The position numbers and the translations under genes are program-made. Positions 49,320-59,356 of a stretch of 64,000 nucleotides of DNA are shown one piece after another. The notes below the pieces were generated by a model. It did no database searches and had not been told where the DNA came from. It was given only the letters and a program-made list of their open reading frames with translations. How positions within the stretch are numbered: the stretch's first letter is position 1; each line of letters starts with the position of its first letter. The stretch lies in sequence record MW349128.1, one strand, 5' to 3'.

Positions 49320-49790
49320 ATGTGGTTTTTAGTTACAGCTTTAATATTTATATGTGTACTTCTAGGTATATTCATAGGACATTATTATTATAAATATAAG
49401 CAAAGCTTAAAGAATATTAATCAACTTCAATATAAAGTAAAAGATATGGAAGACAAATTTGATGGTAAAAGTATCATTGATGATTTAGATTATTCTATTG
49501 ATAACTTCTTAAAACCTACTTATGATATAACAATAGAAGAAATATATCTAGATGTATATTTAGAAAATCCATCTATGAAATTTTCTAATGTAAGTATTAC
49601 GGAACAAAGAAAGAATACAATATTAGAAGATGTTTATAATAGATACATGAATTATATATCTGAAGATTTTAAGAAAAAACTCTATAAAGTTTATGACAAT
49701 GAAGAATTACCAAATATCATATTAGATATAATGTACTACAAATTAACACTATATGTAAAAGAAAGAAATGACTATCAAAAATCTATTTAA
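49320..49790 (+). CDS. Membrane-anchored hypothetical protein
   Basis: N-terminal transmembrane helix MWFLVTALIFICVLLGIFIG. Confidence 0.75.
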   Translation: MWFLVTALIFICVLLGIFIGHYYYKYKQSLKNINQLQYKVKDMEDKFDGKSIIDDLDYSIDNFLKPTYDITIEEIYLDVYLENPSMKFSNVSITEQRKNTILEDVYNRYMNYISEDFKKKLYKVYDNEELPNIILDIMYYKLTLYVKERNDYQKSI

Positions 49791-49798
49791 AAATATAA

Positions 49799-49830
49799 TC
49801 CCCAATACCTAAATTAATAGGTATTGGGGA
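49799..49830. terminator. Bidirectional terminator, CCCAATACCT family
   Basis: TCCCCAATACCTA/TAGGTATTGGGGA. Confidence 0.85.
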
Positions 49831-49849
49831 AATTTTATTATTTTTTTTT

Positions 49850-50830
49850 TTATTCTTCGTTTAATTGAACTTTTCCTGATTTTGGTTTATTTTCATTATC
49901 TCTAACTCTAGGTTTTACACCATCACCAGATGGTTTAGTAGAACCATTCTCAGGATTTACTTTAGAAGATTGAGATGTATTAACTTTCAATGATCCATTT
50001 TTAATAGATTTTTGAACTTCTGACATATCAAATGTGCTTAATTTAGCTGTATGAACTAATTCCATAATAGTATAGTCTAAAACAGCTTCAGTTAACGCAT
50101 TCATATTAACTTCTTCAGCAGAAATTTCTTCTTTAAGATATTCTTCATTATTTACAATATCATTAATTGCCATTTCATGTAATGTACGGAAAAATGTTTT
50201 ACTTTGTTTTTTATGAGTATCAGCAATACCTTCATTTAATTTTTCACGTACTTCAACTAGTTCTGATTCTCTGATTACTGCAGATTCAATTTTCTTAGCA
50301 ACTACATTTACTAAGTAGTCAAATTCAGTACTACCTTTTTTATAAACTACTTTAGCTCCTTTAATTGAGTCTTTAGGATCAATAACTCCATGAGCATCTT
50401 TAGCATAAGCTGCAGCATTGAATTTTGCATTTTTAAATACTTCACTACCTTGATAATCAGCTAATTCAGCATCAATTGCTTCATTAAAGAAAACACGACT
50501 CTTACTTACAATATGGTCACGTAATTTACTTTTATCAGCAATTTTGTTAGGGAAAGTATTAAATACTAATGCTGAGAATAAAGTAGTCATGATAGTTTGA
50601 GTGTTTAATGATAATAAATCTCTATCATTTTTATTTTTAGCGTTATCTATAGCTCTTTTATTTGTAGCCTTGATTTGGTTATTTCTTCCTGAAATTAAAT
50701 CTTTTTCTTTCGAAACTTGTAATTCTTCATTAACCATATCGTTGTATTTCTTTTGTTCTAAAGCTTTATTAGCTTTTTTATTTAAGTCAGCTTGACTTTG
50801 ACGATATTTTGAGATGAATGGTTTAGACAT
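49850..50830 (-). CDS. Hypothetical protein, probably virion
   Basis: 326 aa, last gene of the late baseplate operon; VNE/LNE motifs. Confidence 0.7.
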   Translation of the reverse strand: MSKPFISKYRQSQADLNKKANKALEQKKYNDMVNEELQVSKEKDLISGRNNQIKATNKRAIDNAKNKNDRDLLSLNTQTIMTTLFSALVFNTFPNKIADKSKLRDHIVSKSRVFFNEAIDAELADYQGSEVFKNAKFNAAAYAKDAHGVIDPKDSIKGAKVVYKKGSTEFDYLVNVVAKKIESAVIRESELVEVREKLNEGIADTHKKQSKTFFRTLHEMAINDIVNNEEYLKEEISAEEVNMNALTEAVLDYTIMELVHTAKLSTFDMSEVQKSIKNGSLKVNTSQSSKVNPENGSTKPSGDGVKPRVRDNENKPKSGKVQLNEE

Positions 50831-50858
50831 AAGTTTAAATTCTCCTTTTTATTTTATA

Positions 50859-53849
50859 TTAAGAAACTGAATAAGTAACATTTACAACATCATCATAAGT
50901 TAATCCTAAATCTATAACTGTAGTTCCTGTTGAATTATCTTCATTTTCAATTTCTACTTTATTTTCTCTAAGATTCTTTTTAATATTTATATATTCTGGA
51001 ACATATTCGATAATTTCTTGTTTATTTAGATCATTATAACCTAAATTAGTGTTAAGAAGTTTTTGATAGTGATTATCAACTTTCTCTGCATATTTACCTG
51101 AAATTCCATTAAATACAATATATTTAATAATATCAAAATTTTGTTCTAATAATCTTATTAAATTAGATATAGGTATAATACCATTTTCATTACATGCTTC
51201 AATAAAATCTGATATATATCTTTTAATTTCTTTATCTAAGAAATCATTAATTGGAGCATATAATGTTATATTTAGATCTAGTAATATATCAGTTCTAGAG
51301 ATATATTTATTTTCTACATTATCATCATTTAATTTAGTATCTAAATAATAATTATTAGAAGGACCTTTTGTATTATACAGTTTCATATCTATACTAGTAT
51401 TATTTTGTAATCTAGGAATAGCATCTTCTAGTATACCTTTATAACCATCTAATACTTTATATACTTCTTCATAATTATTCATAAAGTAACCTAATGAAAA
51501 CATTGGTATTAATTCTACTCTACATTTAGAATCATCCATGGATATTGTACTATTCATTACATTTGACATATCTTTATAGATAGATACACCTTCAAAAGTT
51601 TCCATAGAACAAGCTAATGTATAATCATTAATTTCATTATCTTCATGATTAGGAAAAGCATCTTTAAAGAAATTCATTTCATCAGAATAATCTAATTCAT
51701 TAAAATATCTCATATCTTCATCTTTATACATAATTCCAATTTTGACTACAAATTTCTCATCTATAAATACATTATCTTGTACAATACCTTTTGAATCATA
51801 TAATGAATCTGTGATTGCTAGTTTTCCTTCATGGAAAGATCTATTTGTAGATATCATACCTGTATATAGTGAAGATTTATCAACACTACTATCACTGTCA
51901 TCAATAATATTATTTTCAGATTCAATATTTTCTTCTGGTTTTAATTCAAAGTAACCATACTTCTCTCCAGTTTCTTGAGATAATAGAACTGCTCTAACAC
52001 TTAATAAATCTTTCATTTCTTGTAATGATGTATCCATACCAATTTCTACACTAAATTTAAATGTATCTGACTCTAATGTATTTTTGAAATCATTTAATTT
52101 TTCTACATATAAATCAGTTGTAGTTATATTACTAGGTATTAAATCATTAATGTATTTATATTCAGTTGAGAATAAATCATTTACATGAAGTTTATAATAG
52201 TTGGAAGATAAGAAAGGATACTTATTAATCTTGATTAAGAAAGGATTTACATAATATAAAGAATCCTTATCTTTTTCAAATTTTTCTTTTTCATCTTTAT
52301 CATCTAAACCATCAGGTATATGGATATATTCTTTTTCTTCATGATCGTATTTAAATAGACTATTTTCTGGAATAACATAACCGTCTTCTTCATTTCCTAG
52401 AGATGTATTTCCAATAAAATAGTCTTTAGGGAAATCTAAATAAGGTGCAGTGTTTGTAGGCATAACCTTATTATCACTATCTCTTAATAATAAGAATGCA
52501 TTGTACATACGTGTATATAGATCATTACGTTTCTTAACGAAATTAATAAATGAATTATTAATATTATTACTATCATTAACTTCATTAAAATAATTTTTAA
52601 TATCAAAATCTGTAATAATATTATCTCTAGTTATAGCTTTATTAATAATACGTCTTTTCTCTGAGTTTACTGTAGGTTTATTTCTACCGTTAACAGAATT
52701 TCCTTTAGGTAATACTGTAACAGGTATTTTTTCAAATGTACTAACTCCAGATTCTAATGATACATTTAATGTATCATTATAATTAAAGTTACCTTGTTCA
52801 CCTCTAGTAGTTAAAGTTTCAATTATAACTCTACTATTTGCTTTAGGTCTAAATGAATTAGCAATATTAGAGAAAGATATTTCTAGTTTATTTTCCTCTT
52901 TAAAATTATAATAACAGAAAGGATTATCTGTATCTGGAGTAAATGTATTATTGAAATAAGTTTCCATAGGGATTCTTTCACCCATATATTCATAAAATAC
53001 ATTAAACCCGGCTAATTGACCTTCATAACTACTATCTAGATAAATATTTTCTGCAATATCATTACTTGTAATATTAAATTCTTTTTCAACTCTATCAATT
53101 TGATATAGATCTAGACTAAAGAATAAATAATCTATTCCATTAGAAATATTTTTAGTTACTTTAACATTATTGTCTAGTATAGATGAGAATTTAAATAAGT
53201 TGTTATCTATATTATAATTAGCTGATATTTTATAATCAATTAATTCTTTACCATCTTTAGTAACTGGATATTGTTTTAATATAATAGAAACATCATAAGG
53301 TAAGCTATATTTAAAGTTACCTATAGTGAAATCTTGTTTTTTAGATATAGTTGCTTCATATGTTTTTAAAGATTTTTCTTTATCAATAGTTTTAGTGGAT
53401 ATAATCTCTTTAGTTGGAAGTTTTAATATATCCTCTTTTCTAACTACTAAATCTACTTTAAAATTAGCAGGAGTAGCCATTTGAATAGGTACGTTATATA
53501 ATTTAGCAAAGTTATAAATTGACATCGGTATTGATGCTGTATTTAAGAATAATTCATCATACAAAACATTTCTGTGATAAATAGCATTTTTAACTTCATG
53601 AGAATTAATTTCATTAATATAACCAAATAAGCCTGCTTTAAGCAAACTAATAAGTTCTTCATTTTCATTATCATCAATAGGAGTATTTTCAGTATCAATT
53701 TCAAAGAATTTACTAGCCATATTAAACCATTTTTCTTTAACATCATATGAAGTACTTCCTATTTTAATAACACTATCCGTATCTATCTTAGCATTATTTA
53801 AAAAATCTAATTTCTCTTGTTCGTTAGAGAAATACTGTGTTATAGCCAT
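50859..53849 (-). CDS. Baseplate wedge protein (T4 gp6-like)
   Basis: LYDELFLNTASIPMSIYNFAKLYN resembles gp6 NExFLxxAxxxxSVxxxAK; ITRDNIITDFDIKNYF resembles RAVTxxDY. Confidence 0.65.
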   Translation of the reverse strand: MAITQYFSNEQEKLDFLNNAKIDTDSVIKIGSTSYDVKEKWFNMASKFFEIDTENTPIDDNENEELISLLKAGLFGYINEINSHEVKNAIYHRNVLYDELFLNTASIPMSIYNFAKLYNVPIQMATPANFKVDLVVRKEDILKLPTKEIISTKTIDKEKSLKTYEATISKKQDFTIGNFKYSLPYDVSIILKQYPVTKDGKELIDYKISANYNIDNNLFKFSSILDNNVKVTKNISNGIDYLFFSLDLYQIDRVEKEFNITSNDIAENIYLDSSYEGQLAGFNVFYEYMGERIPMETYFNNTFTPDTDNPFCYYNFKEENKLEISFSNIANSFRPKANSRVIIETLTTRGEQGNFNYNDTLNVSLESGVSTFEKIPVTVLPKGNSVNGRNKPTVNSEKRRIINKAITRDNIITDFDIKNYFNEVNDSNNINNSFINFVKKRNDLYTRMYNAFLLLRDSDNKVMPTNTAPYLDFPKDYFIGNTSLGNEEDGYVIPENSLFKYDHEEKEYIHIPDGLDDKDEKEKFEKDKDSLYYVNPFLIKINKYPFLSSNYYKLHVNDLFSTEYKYINDLIPSNITTTDLYVEKLNDFKNTLESDTFKFSVEIGMDTSLQEMKDLLSVRAVLLSQETGEKYGYFELKPEENIESENNIIDDSDSSVDKSSLYTGMISTNRSFHEGKLAITDSLYDSKGIVQDNVFIDEKFVVKIGIMYKDEDMRYFNELDYSDEMNFFKDAFPNHEDNEINDYTLACSMETFEGVSIYKDMSNVMNSTISMDDSKCRVELIPMFSLGYFMNNYEEVYKVLDGYKGILEDAIPRLQNNTSIDMKLYNTKGPSNNYYLDTKLNDDNVENKYISRTDILLDLNITLYAPINDFLDKEIKRYISDFIEACNENGIIPISNLIRLLEQNFDIIKYIVFNGISGKYAEKVDNHYQKLLNTNLGYNDLNKQEIIEYVPEYINIKKNLRENKVEIENEDNSTGTTVIDLGLTYDDVVNVTYSVS

Positions 53850-53872
53850 TTTATTAATTTCAACTCACTTTC

Positions 53873-54862
53873 TTATAAAAATCTTAATCTATATTTATTT
53901 TGTGATCCGTCTTCACTTCTTGATCCCATCGCAATATAAGGATTACCTGTATTAATAGGATACATTTCATCGTATTTAAGTTTAACACCCATTGTTACTG
54001 CATTTATATTAGCTCTTATAGGAGAAGCACCTGAAGCATTTGTAACTGAACTTCCCATTGTTGATACTGTATTAAAATCAACTAAAGTATCTGGATTCAT
54101 ATCTTCTTTATACGAATAAGCAAAGTTAACTGATACATGTGGAACGTCTACATCTTCACCAACATTTTGAGAAAAAATATCATATGGTACATTAATAGGG
54201 AAACATCCTGTGTATTTAGAATAATGTAAAACAGTTTCTCCATCAAAATCTAGTAAGAAATAATAAATAGAACTAGTATAATCTATATATCTTTTACTTT
54301 TCGCATCGTCTGAAGGATACATGTAACCTCTAGTAACACCTTCAATATATTCGCTCCAAGCTTTTATTAAATGTATAATATCTATATTTTTATTTTCTTC
54401 AAAGTCAACAGCAATTTCCCCACCAGCAATTGAATTAACTGTTCCTACCGGTAAGTGTTGTTTATATCCGTAGAATGTTTCATGGAATTCTTTCATTGTA
54501 GTTTGTGTATCAGGTATAGATATACCCATAAATCTATTTGAAAGGATTGGAATAAAAGGTTTACCTGAACTTATAGCATTTAAATTACTAAAATTTAAAG
54601 TTTCTAATAATTTTGGTTTAACACTTTTAAGATATGAAAAGAAACTATCTCTATTTATATTACCATCTACTAAATTTAAACGAGGAGCAGTAAAGAAAAT
54701 ATAAGGTAATCCTTTATTAAATATTTCTGAATTTTTATCCTTCATTCTATAAGGGTTAAAGGATTCTATTTCTTTTACATTACCTTCTTTTTTAAGTTCT
54801 TCCTTAAAAGAAGTTTCTAAGCTTTTATCATCTTCAGCCAATCTTTCTTCACCACCATTCAT
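53873..54862 (-). CDS. Tail-tube-fold baseplate or tube-initiator protein (gp48/gp54/gp19-like)
   Basis: F.ENK..DII.L..AW.EYI..DYTSSIYYFLLDFDG..KYTGCFP.NVP pattern; first gene of the late baseplate operon. Confidence 0.55.
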   Translation of the reverse strand: MNGGEERLAEDDKSLETSFKEELKKEGNVKEIESFNPYRMKDKNSEIFNKGLPYIFFTAPRLNLVDGNINRDSFFSYLKSVKPKLLETLNFSNLNAISSGKPFIPILSNRFMGISIPDTQTTMKEFHETFYGYKQHLPVGTVNSIAGGEIAVDFEENKNIDIIHLIKAWSEYIEGVTRGYMYPSDDAKSKRYIDYTSSIYYFLLDFDGETVLHYSKYTGCFPINVPYDIFSQNVGEDVDVPHVSVNFAYSYKEDMNPDTLVDFNTVSTMGSSVTNASGASPIRANINAVTMGVKLKYDEMYPINTGNPYIAMGSRSEDGSQNKYRLRFL

Positions 54863-55233
54863 TTTCTTAAAATTTTAATAAGTACATGTTAAAGCACATT
54901 TATTATTTTAATTTAATTTTTAAATTTATATTATAATAATGGAAGAGAGAATGTCATCTTTCTTCGCTCTTATAACTAGTCTATAAATATGCCTGACTCT
55001 TTAATTCACCCTTATAATTAAAGAGCAGAAGGTCTGGGACCTCCCAGTTATCGAATAGGAAATAAATGCTAATTGTAGACAAAATGAGTTAAATAAAAAA
55101 GATTATTAATTAAAATCAAAAAGTCGTACTGTTATATTTGGGTGTATTGATCTTATTATAAGATTAATATAGTCTACACATATTTATAAGATAGCGTAAG
55201 AGATATGCTGCTCGTATAGGGGAATAAAAATAA

Positions 55234-55377
55234 ATGACATTAGAAGAAATAATAAAGAAGGAAGAAAATTATAAAAAAGAAAATATATATCAAGATAATG
55301 GCAAAAGAAATAAAGAAAAGTGTATGAATTTAAATGATTTCATTTTAAATGAAGTGTTGTATACACCAAAAATATAG
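55234..55377 (+). CDS. Possible 47-aa ORF inside the ncRNA candidate
   Basis: AGGGGA about 10 nt upstream; MTLEEIIKKEENYKKENIYQDNG...TPKI*. Confidence 0.35.
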   Translation: MTLEEIIKKEENYKKENIYQDNGKRNKEKCMNLNDFILNEVLYTPKI

Positions 55378-55550
55378 AAACTCAGTAATTAATAAAAATA
55401 GAAATAAATTTAATGAACGGAACTGTATCGGAAAACAGGAAAGTAGTCATATACGTATTTTATCGCTTCTAGTATATGGCAGGCGAAAGCCTAAAGCGAT
55501 AACCTTCTTAAATATAACAGTACTTAAAAAACAACTCATTTCATATTATG

Positions 55551-55600
55551 ATAATCATTGTCGATCTCTTTAATTAGAGATCGATGATGGTTATTTTTTT
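55551..55600 (+). terminator. Strong intrinsic terminator
   Basis: ATAATCATTGTCGATCTCT/AGAGATCGATGATGGTTAT followed by a T-run. Confidence 0.85.
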
Positions 55601-55671
55601 TTTACTTTTTTTACTAAAAATCATCATCAAACATAATTTTATAAAAATCTTAATAAAAATAAGGAAAGGCA

Positions 55672-57219
55672 GTGAAAGTTTTGGTTAAAAAATTAAATAT
55701 ACTTTCAGATGTTATTGATTTACTTAAGGATTCCACTACAGGTAATGTAAAAAATAACTATAAAAATAACAGTAGACGTAAAAGACCATTCGATAGAACA
55801 CTAAGAGGAAAAGCTGGAGATTTTATTTTACAATTTCCATTAGTGACTTCTGATGCTTTAGATAATGATACTGTAGAATTAATGAGAAATCAATTAGAAT
55901 TAGAAAGAGCATATGAATTTGAATATATTTTAACAAATACTCCAATTCAAGAATATAATCCAAAAGATCCAAATTCATTTATGGGAGACTTACATCAAAA
56001 TATTAATTTTAATGAAAGTACTAAGCAAGATATTAAACGTGTTAATGATTATTTAACTGAGTCACCAGACGAAAAATTTAATAAAACTTCAATTAATGAT
56101 ATGTCAATTACTAAAGAAGAAATGGATTTATTAAATGAAGAAACAATTGATTTTGAGGATTCAAGAAAGATTAAAGGTTATATTGAATTTGACGTTAAAG
56201 AATTCTTAAAGGCTAATAATCCTGATACTAAGGATACTTATACTGCAACAGTATATATAATTAAACCGAATTCTAACGGTGAACAACTGGAATTTTTATT
56301 TAATAATTTGAAAGAGGTTAAATATAGAGGTGGAGAAGATAATTCAAGATCGTTATATGATATCTTGAAAACATCAAGTAATGAAGGAACTTTATCTGAT
56401 AATGGTATGAAATTCTTATATGGTTCTATGGAAATTGCTGAAGCATTTAGTTCATATATTAAAAATATTATAGGAGTAAAACCTGATATACAAACGAATC
56501 AATATGATAATTATGGAACTACTACTACAATTCAAAAAGATAAATTAAATTCATCTATACCAACTATGGTTAATACGAATGTTACTTTCTTAATTACAGA
56601 TTCTAAAGGTGAACCAGTTTCAGGAATTAATCATCCTAGTAAACCAGTTAAATTTGGTGTAAAAACTGTAGTACATCCTGTTAAAACAGAAGATGTAGTA
56701 TTCTATTTATCTGATAAATCTAGAAAATCTAATCTTGTAACTAAATTAGTTAAATTTACTACAGGTGAATTAAGATTATTTAGAGATTTATTATTAGATA
56801 CAGAAAGAACTAAGAAAATTGCTAGAGATTCTAAAAAAGGACGTACAGGTGCTATTTGGAATAAATTAAATTCTATTTATACTGTAGATAGAGCTGGTAG
56901 TATTACTAGATCTAAATCCGGAAATTATATTCCTACAACAGCTTTAATGATTAGCATTGATGAAACTCAAGAAGTTAAACGTAAAACTGGCGTTGATTTA
57001 TTAAATGATAGACGTGCTGTAGATAAAGTTTATAAAGAATTCTTCTTATTAGAATTTATTGTAATTGATGAAGCTAGAGAATTGGTTTACAAATATCTTC
57101 CAGAACATCGCAAATTTGAAATTATAAAACAAAATAAATTAGGTGCTTTGAAAGTAAGCAGTGATAGTAAAAAAGGTGACATTGATTCTAAAGATTTAGC
57201 TAAATTATTAAAACGATAA
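55672..57219 (+). CDS. Late, probably virion structural protein
   Basis: 515 aa, AACA-N6-TA upstream, internal LNEE/FNES motifs. Confidence 0.7.
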   Translation: MKVLVKKLNILSDVIDLLKDSTTGNVKNNYKNNSRRKRPFDRTLRGKAGDFILQFPLVTSDALDNDTVELMRNQLELERAYEFEYILTNTPIQEYNPKDPNSFMGDLHQNINFNESTKQDIKRVNDYLTESPDEKFNKTSINDMSITKEEMDLLNEETIDFEDSRKIKGYIEFDVKEFLKANNPDTKDTYTATVYIIKPNSNGEQLEFLFNNLKEVKYRGGEDNSRSLYDILKTSSNEGTLSDNGMKFLYGSMEIAEAFSSYIKNIIGVKPDIQTNQYDNYGTTTTIQKDKLNSSIPTMVNTNVTFLITDSKGEPVSGINHPSKPVKFGVKTVVHPVKTEDVVFYLSDKSRKSNLVTKLVKFTTGELRLFRDLLLDTERTKKIARDSKKGRTGAIWNKLNSIYTVDRAGSITRSKSGNYIPTTALMISIDETQEVKRKTGVDLLNDRRAVDKVYKEFFLLEFIVIDEARELVYKYLPEHRKFEIIKQNKLGALKVSSDSKKGDIDSKDLAKLLKR

Positions 57220-57360
57220 TTTAGAAACTTTTAGTTATAATGTATATATAAAATCTTAAGATGAAGAAAATTAAGGTTTATTTAATTTAAACATTTATTT
57301 ATAAAATATAAAATTAGAAAAATTATATTAGCGTGTAGTGATTCTATATTTTTATTTTAT

Positions 57361-58449
57361 TTGTATATTAACTCTAGAAAGGAAGTGGAATTCTCTGTGG
57401 AACTTGAACGTAAACATCTTTTAAATGAAGATGCAATGTCTCAAAAAGTTTTACAGGAATTCTCTTTACCCTTCAGACCTTTTAAACGTTTATCACCTGA
57501 AGAGCAAGTGGAAGCTCTTGGTTTAAGCGTAGCTAAAATGTCTGATAAACTGTTGAAAAAATCTGGAAATAAAAACTTAAAATCAATTCTTTCTAGTAAG
57601 GGTGATTTTAAGAAAATCAAAGCGTATAAAGATTTTGAGAAAACTTTTAATTACATAAAAGCTCAAAAATCTAAAGGCTTTGACAAAACACTTATTTTCG
57701 CTTTTGACACTATTGAGAATTCTGTAAAATTGCTTGAAAAAGAAAAACAAAATTTTAAAAAATGTTTTACAAATGATAATGAAGTAGGTCAATTGACTTA
57801 TACAACTATAGCTGCTTCTGTTATGTCAGCTACAGTACAACTTTTCTTCTTAGGATTTGAAAAAGATCTTAATGGAAATTTAAAATTCACTGATAAAAAA
57901 TTAAGTAAAAAAGATTCAATAGAGCTTAAAACTTTAGATAATCTTTTAAAAACATATAAAGCTGGAAAACTAAAAGAAATTTTTAAAATTGATGGCTCAT
58001 TTGTTTCTACAAATGAAGAATTTGATTTTAAAAAACTTGCAGACGATGCTAGTGAAGCATATAAAGATGGTGCTTTAGGAACTATCATGAATAAATTAAA
58101 ATCATTAAATAAAGGAACTAAAGTGGCTGCAGGTGGAATACTTGTTATTGCCTTAGCTCCAATGGTATTATTAATGATTAAACAAGCTTATATTTATTTT
58201 ATTAAAAAACGTTCAGATTTTGCTGAATATTTACGTGATGCTGTTAGTATTATTGAAGGTGAAAAAGATAATGATATTAGTGATTCAGCACGTAAGAAAC
58301 AGGAAAAAATGGCTGAAAGATTAAATAAATTAGCTGATAAAATAGATATTGAAGATGGTGTAGCTGAAGTTCAGTCTAGATCAGAATCAGAATCTATTGA
58401 CGTTGAAATTGGAAAAGAATTAGAAAATGATTTTAATATTAGATTCTAA
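57361..58449 (+). CDS. Late, probably virion protein (start codon uncertain)
   Basis: 362 aa, AACA-N6-TA upstream, LLNED/TNEE motifs, hydrophobic segment near the C-terminus. Confidence 0.7.
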   Translation: MYINSRKEVEFSVELERKHLLNEDAMSQKVLQEFSLPFRPFKRLSPEEQVEALGLSVAKMSDKLLKKSGNKNLKSILSSKGDFKKIKAYKDFEKTFNYIKAQKSKGFDKTLIFAFDTIENSVKLLEKEKQNFKKCFTNDNEVGQLTYTTIAASVMSATVQLFFLGFEKDLNGNLKFTDKKLSKKDSIELKTLDNLLKTYKAGKLKEIFKIDGSFVSTNEEFDFKKLADDASEAYKDGALGTIMNKLKSLNKGTKVAAGGILVIALAPMVLLMIKQAYIYFIKKRSDFAEYLRDAVSIIEGEKDNDISDSARKKQEKMAERLNKLADKIDIEDGVAEVQSRSESESIDVEIGKELENDFNIRF

Positions 58450-58488
58450 ATATTAAAATAAATTAAAAATAAATGGAGGAAAAATATA

Positions 58489-59280
58489 ATGTTGCAAAAT
58501 CAATCATTTGAAATGTCTTTCTTACAAGAAGAACTTTCTGCATCTCAAACAGAACTTTTTGTTTTAGAAAGTGTTAATGCTTTAAACGAAGCTGATGAAG
58601 AAGAAAAAGGAGCTTCAAAAGCAGGAGAACTTGCTAAGAAAGCTAAAGATTTCTTTATTAAAATTGCTAAAGCTGTTGCAGAAGCATTTAAAAAATTCAC
58701 TACTTTCTTTGTAGAAATGTATAAAAAATTAGAATCTCGTGTAGTTAACGTTCAAAAATATATTAGTGGAGTTAAATCTAGTGCTAAATTAAGTGAAGCT
58801 AGAGAATATTCTTTATTAGCTCCAAGTGCTTTGAAAAACTTACAAGAATTAGCTAAAGCTGATAGTCCTAATTTTGATCGTGGATTTGAACGTGCTAAGT
58901 CTGGTCTTAATGATGAGAAAAATATTGTAAAAGGTTCAATTAAAACAATCTCTGAAGCTGATAAGGCTGCTAAATCTGCTGCCGGTTCAGTTAAACAAGT
59001 TAAGGCTGCAGCTAGCGTAGTTTCTCAAACTAATAAATCTGCTCAACAAGCTGCTAAAGATGGTGTATCTGCTTCTGCTAAAGGAGATAAAGAAGCTATT
59101 AATGAGAAAAAACGTGTAGCATCTAATGCTAGTAAAGCTAACTCATTATCTCGTACAGCTGTATCTAAATCAATTAAACTTTCTAACCAAACTTTAGCTA
59201 CTGCATTTTCTGCTGCTAAAGCTATCAATGCTGCTGGGAAAAAAAGTGATAAAAAAGCACCTAAACCAGCAAATGCATAA
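58489..59280 (+). CDS. Inner-head/ejection protein family member (Ala/Lys-rich)
   Basis: Propeptide SFLQEE..VLES..LNEA, then AKDFFIKIAKAVAEAFKKFTTFF. Confidence 0.7.
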   Translation: MLQNQSFEMSFLQEELSASQTELFVLESVNALNEADEEEKGASKAGELAKKAKDFFIKIAKAVAEAFKKFTTFFVEMYKKLESRVVNVQKYISGVKSSAKLSEAREYSLLAPSALKNLQELAKADSPNFDRGFERAKSGLNDEKNIVKGSIKTISEADKAAKSAAGSVKQVKAAASVVSQTNKSAQQAAKDGVSASAKGDKEAINEKKRVASNASKANSLSRTAVSKSIKLSNQTLATAFSAAKAINAAGKKSDKKAPKPANA

Positions 59281-59291
59281 TAAATAATTTT

Positions 59292-59330
59292 TATTGACCT
59301 AATACCTTTAAATTGGGTATTAGGTCAATA
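59292..59330 (+). terminator. Terminator, family variant
   Basis: TATTGACCTAATACC/GGTATTAGGTCAATA. Confidence 0.8.
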
Positions 59331-59356
59331 TATTTTTATAAGAAAGGGGTATTAAA

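Larger units (their letters stand above)
54942..55600 (+). ncRNA. Candidate large structured non-coding RNA
   Basis: Own upstream TATATTATA motif and downstream terminator; many helices, including long-range 55126-55142/55507-55523, and an H-type pseudoknot at 55446-55502. Confidence 0.6.

Noticed and set aside
49155-49790. Two small membrane proteins as a holin system
   Set aside because: Far from the lysins, in a nucleotide-metabolism operon without a late promoter; a single TM helix is insufficient evidence.
55349-55573. Tracked 74-aa ORF
   Set aside because: No RBS, atypical composition, and it runs through the pseudoknot and terminator.
54942-55600. Assignment of the ncRNA candidate as RNase P RNA, tmRNA or a group I/II intron
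   Set aside because: Only fragments resemble them (AGGAAAGT, ATATAGTCT). The P4 partner, tRNA-like ends, R element, domain V and flanking exons are missing.
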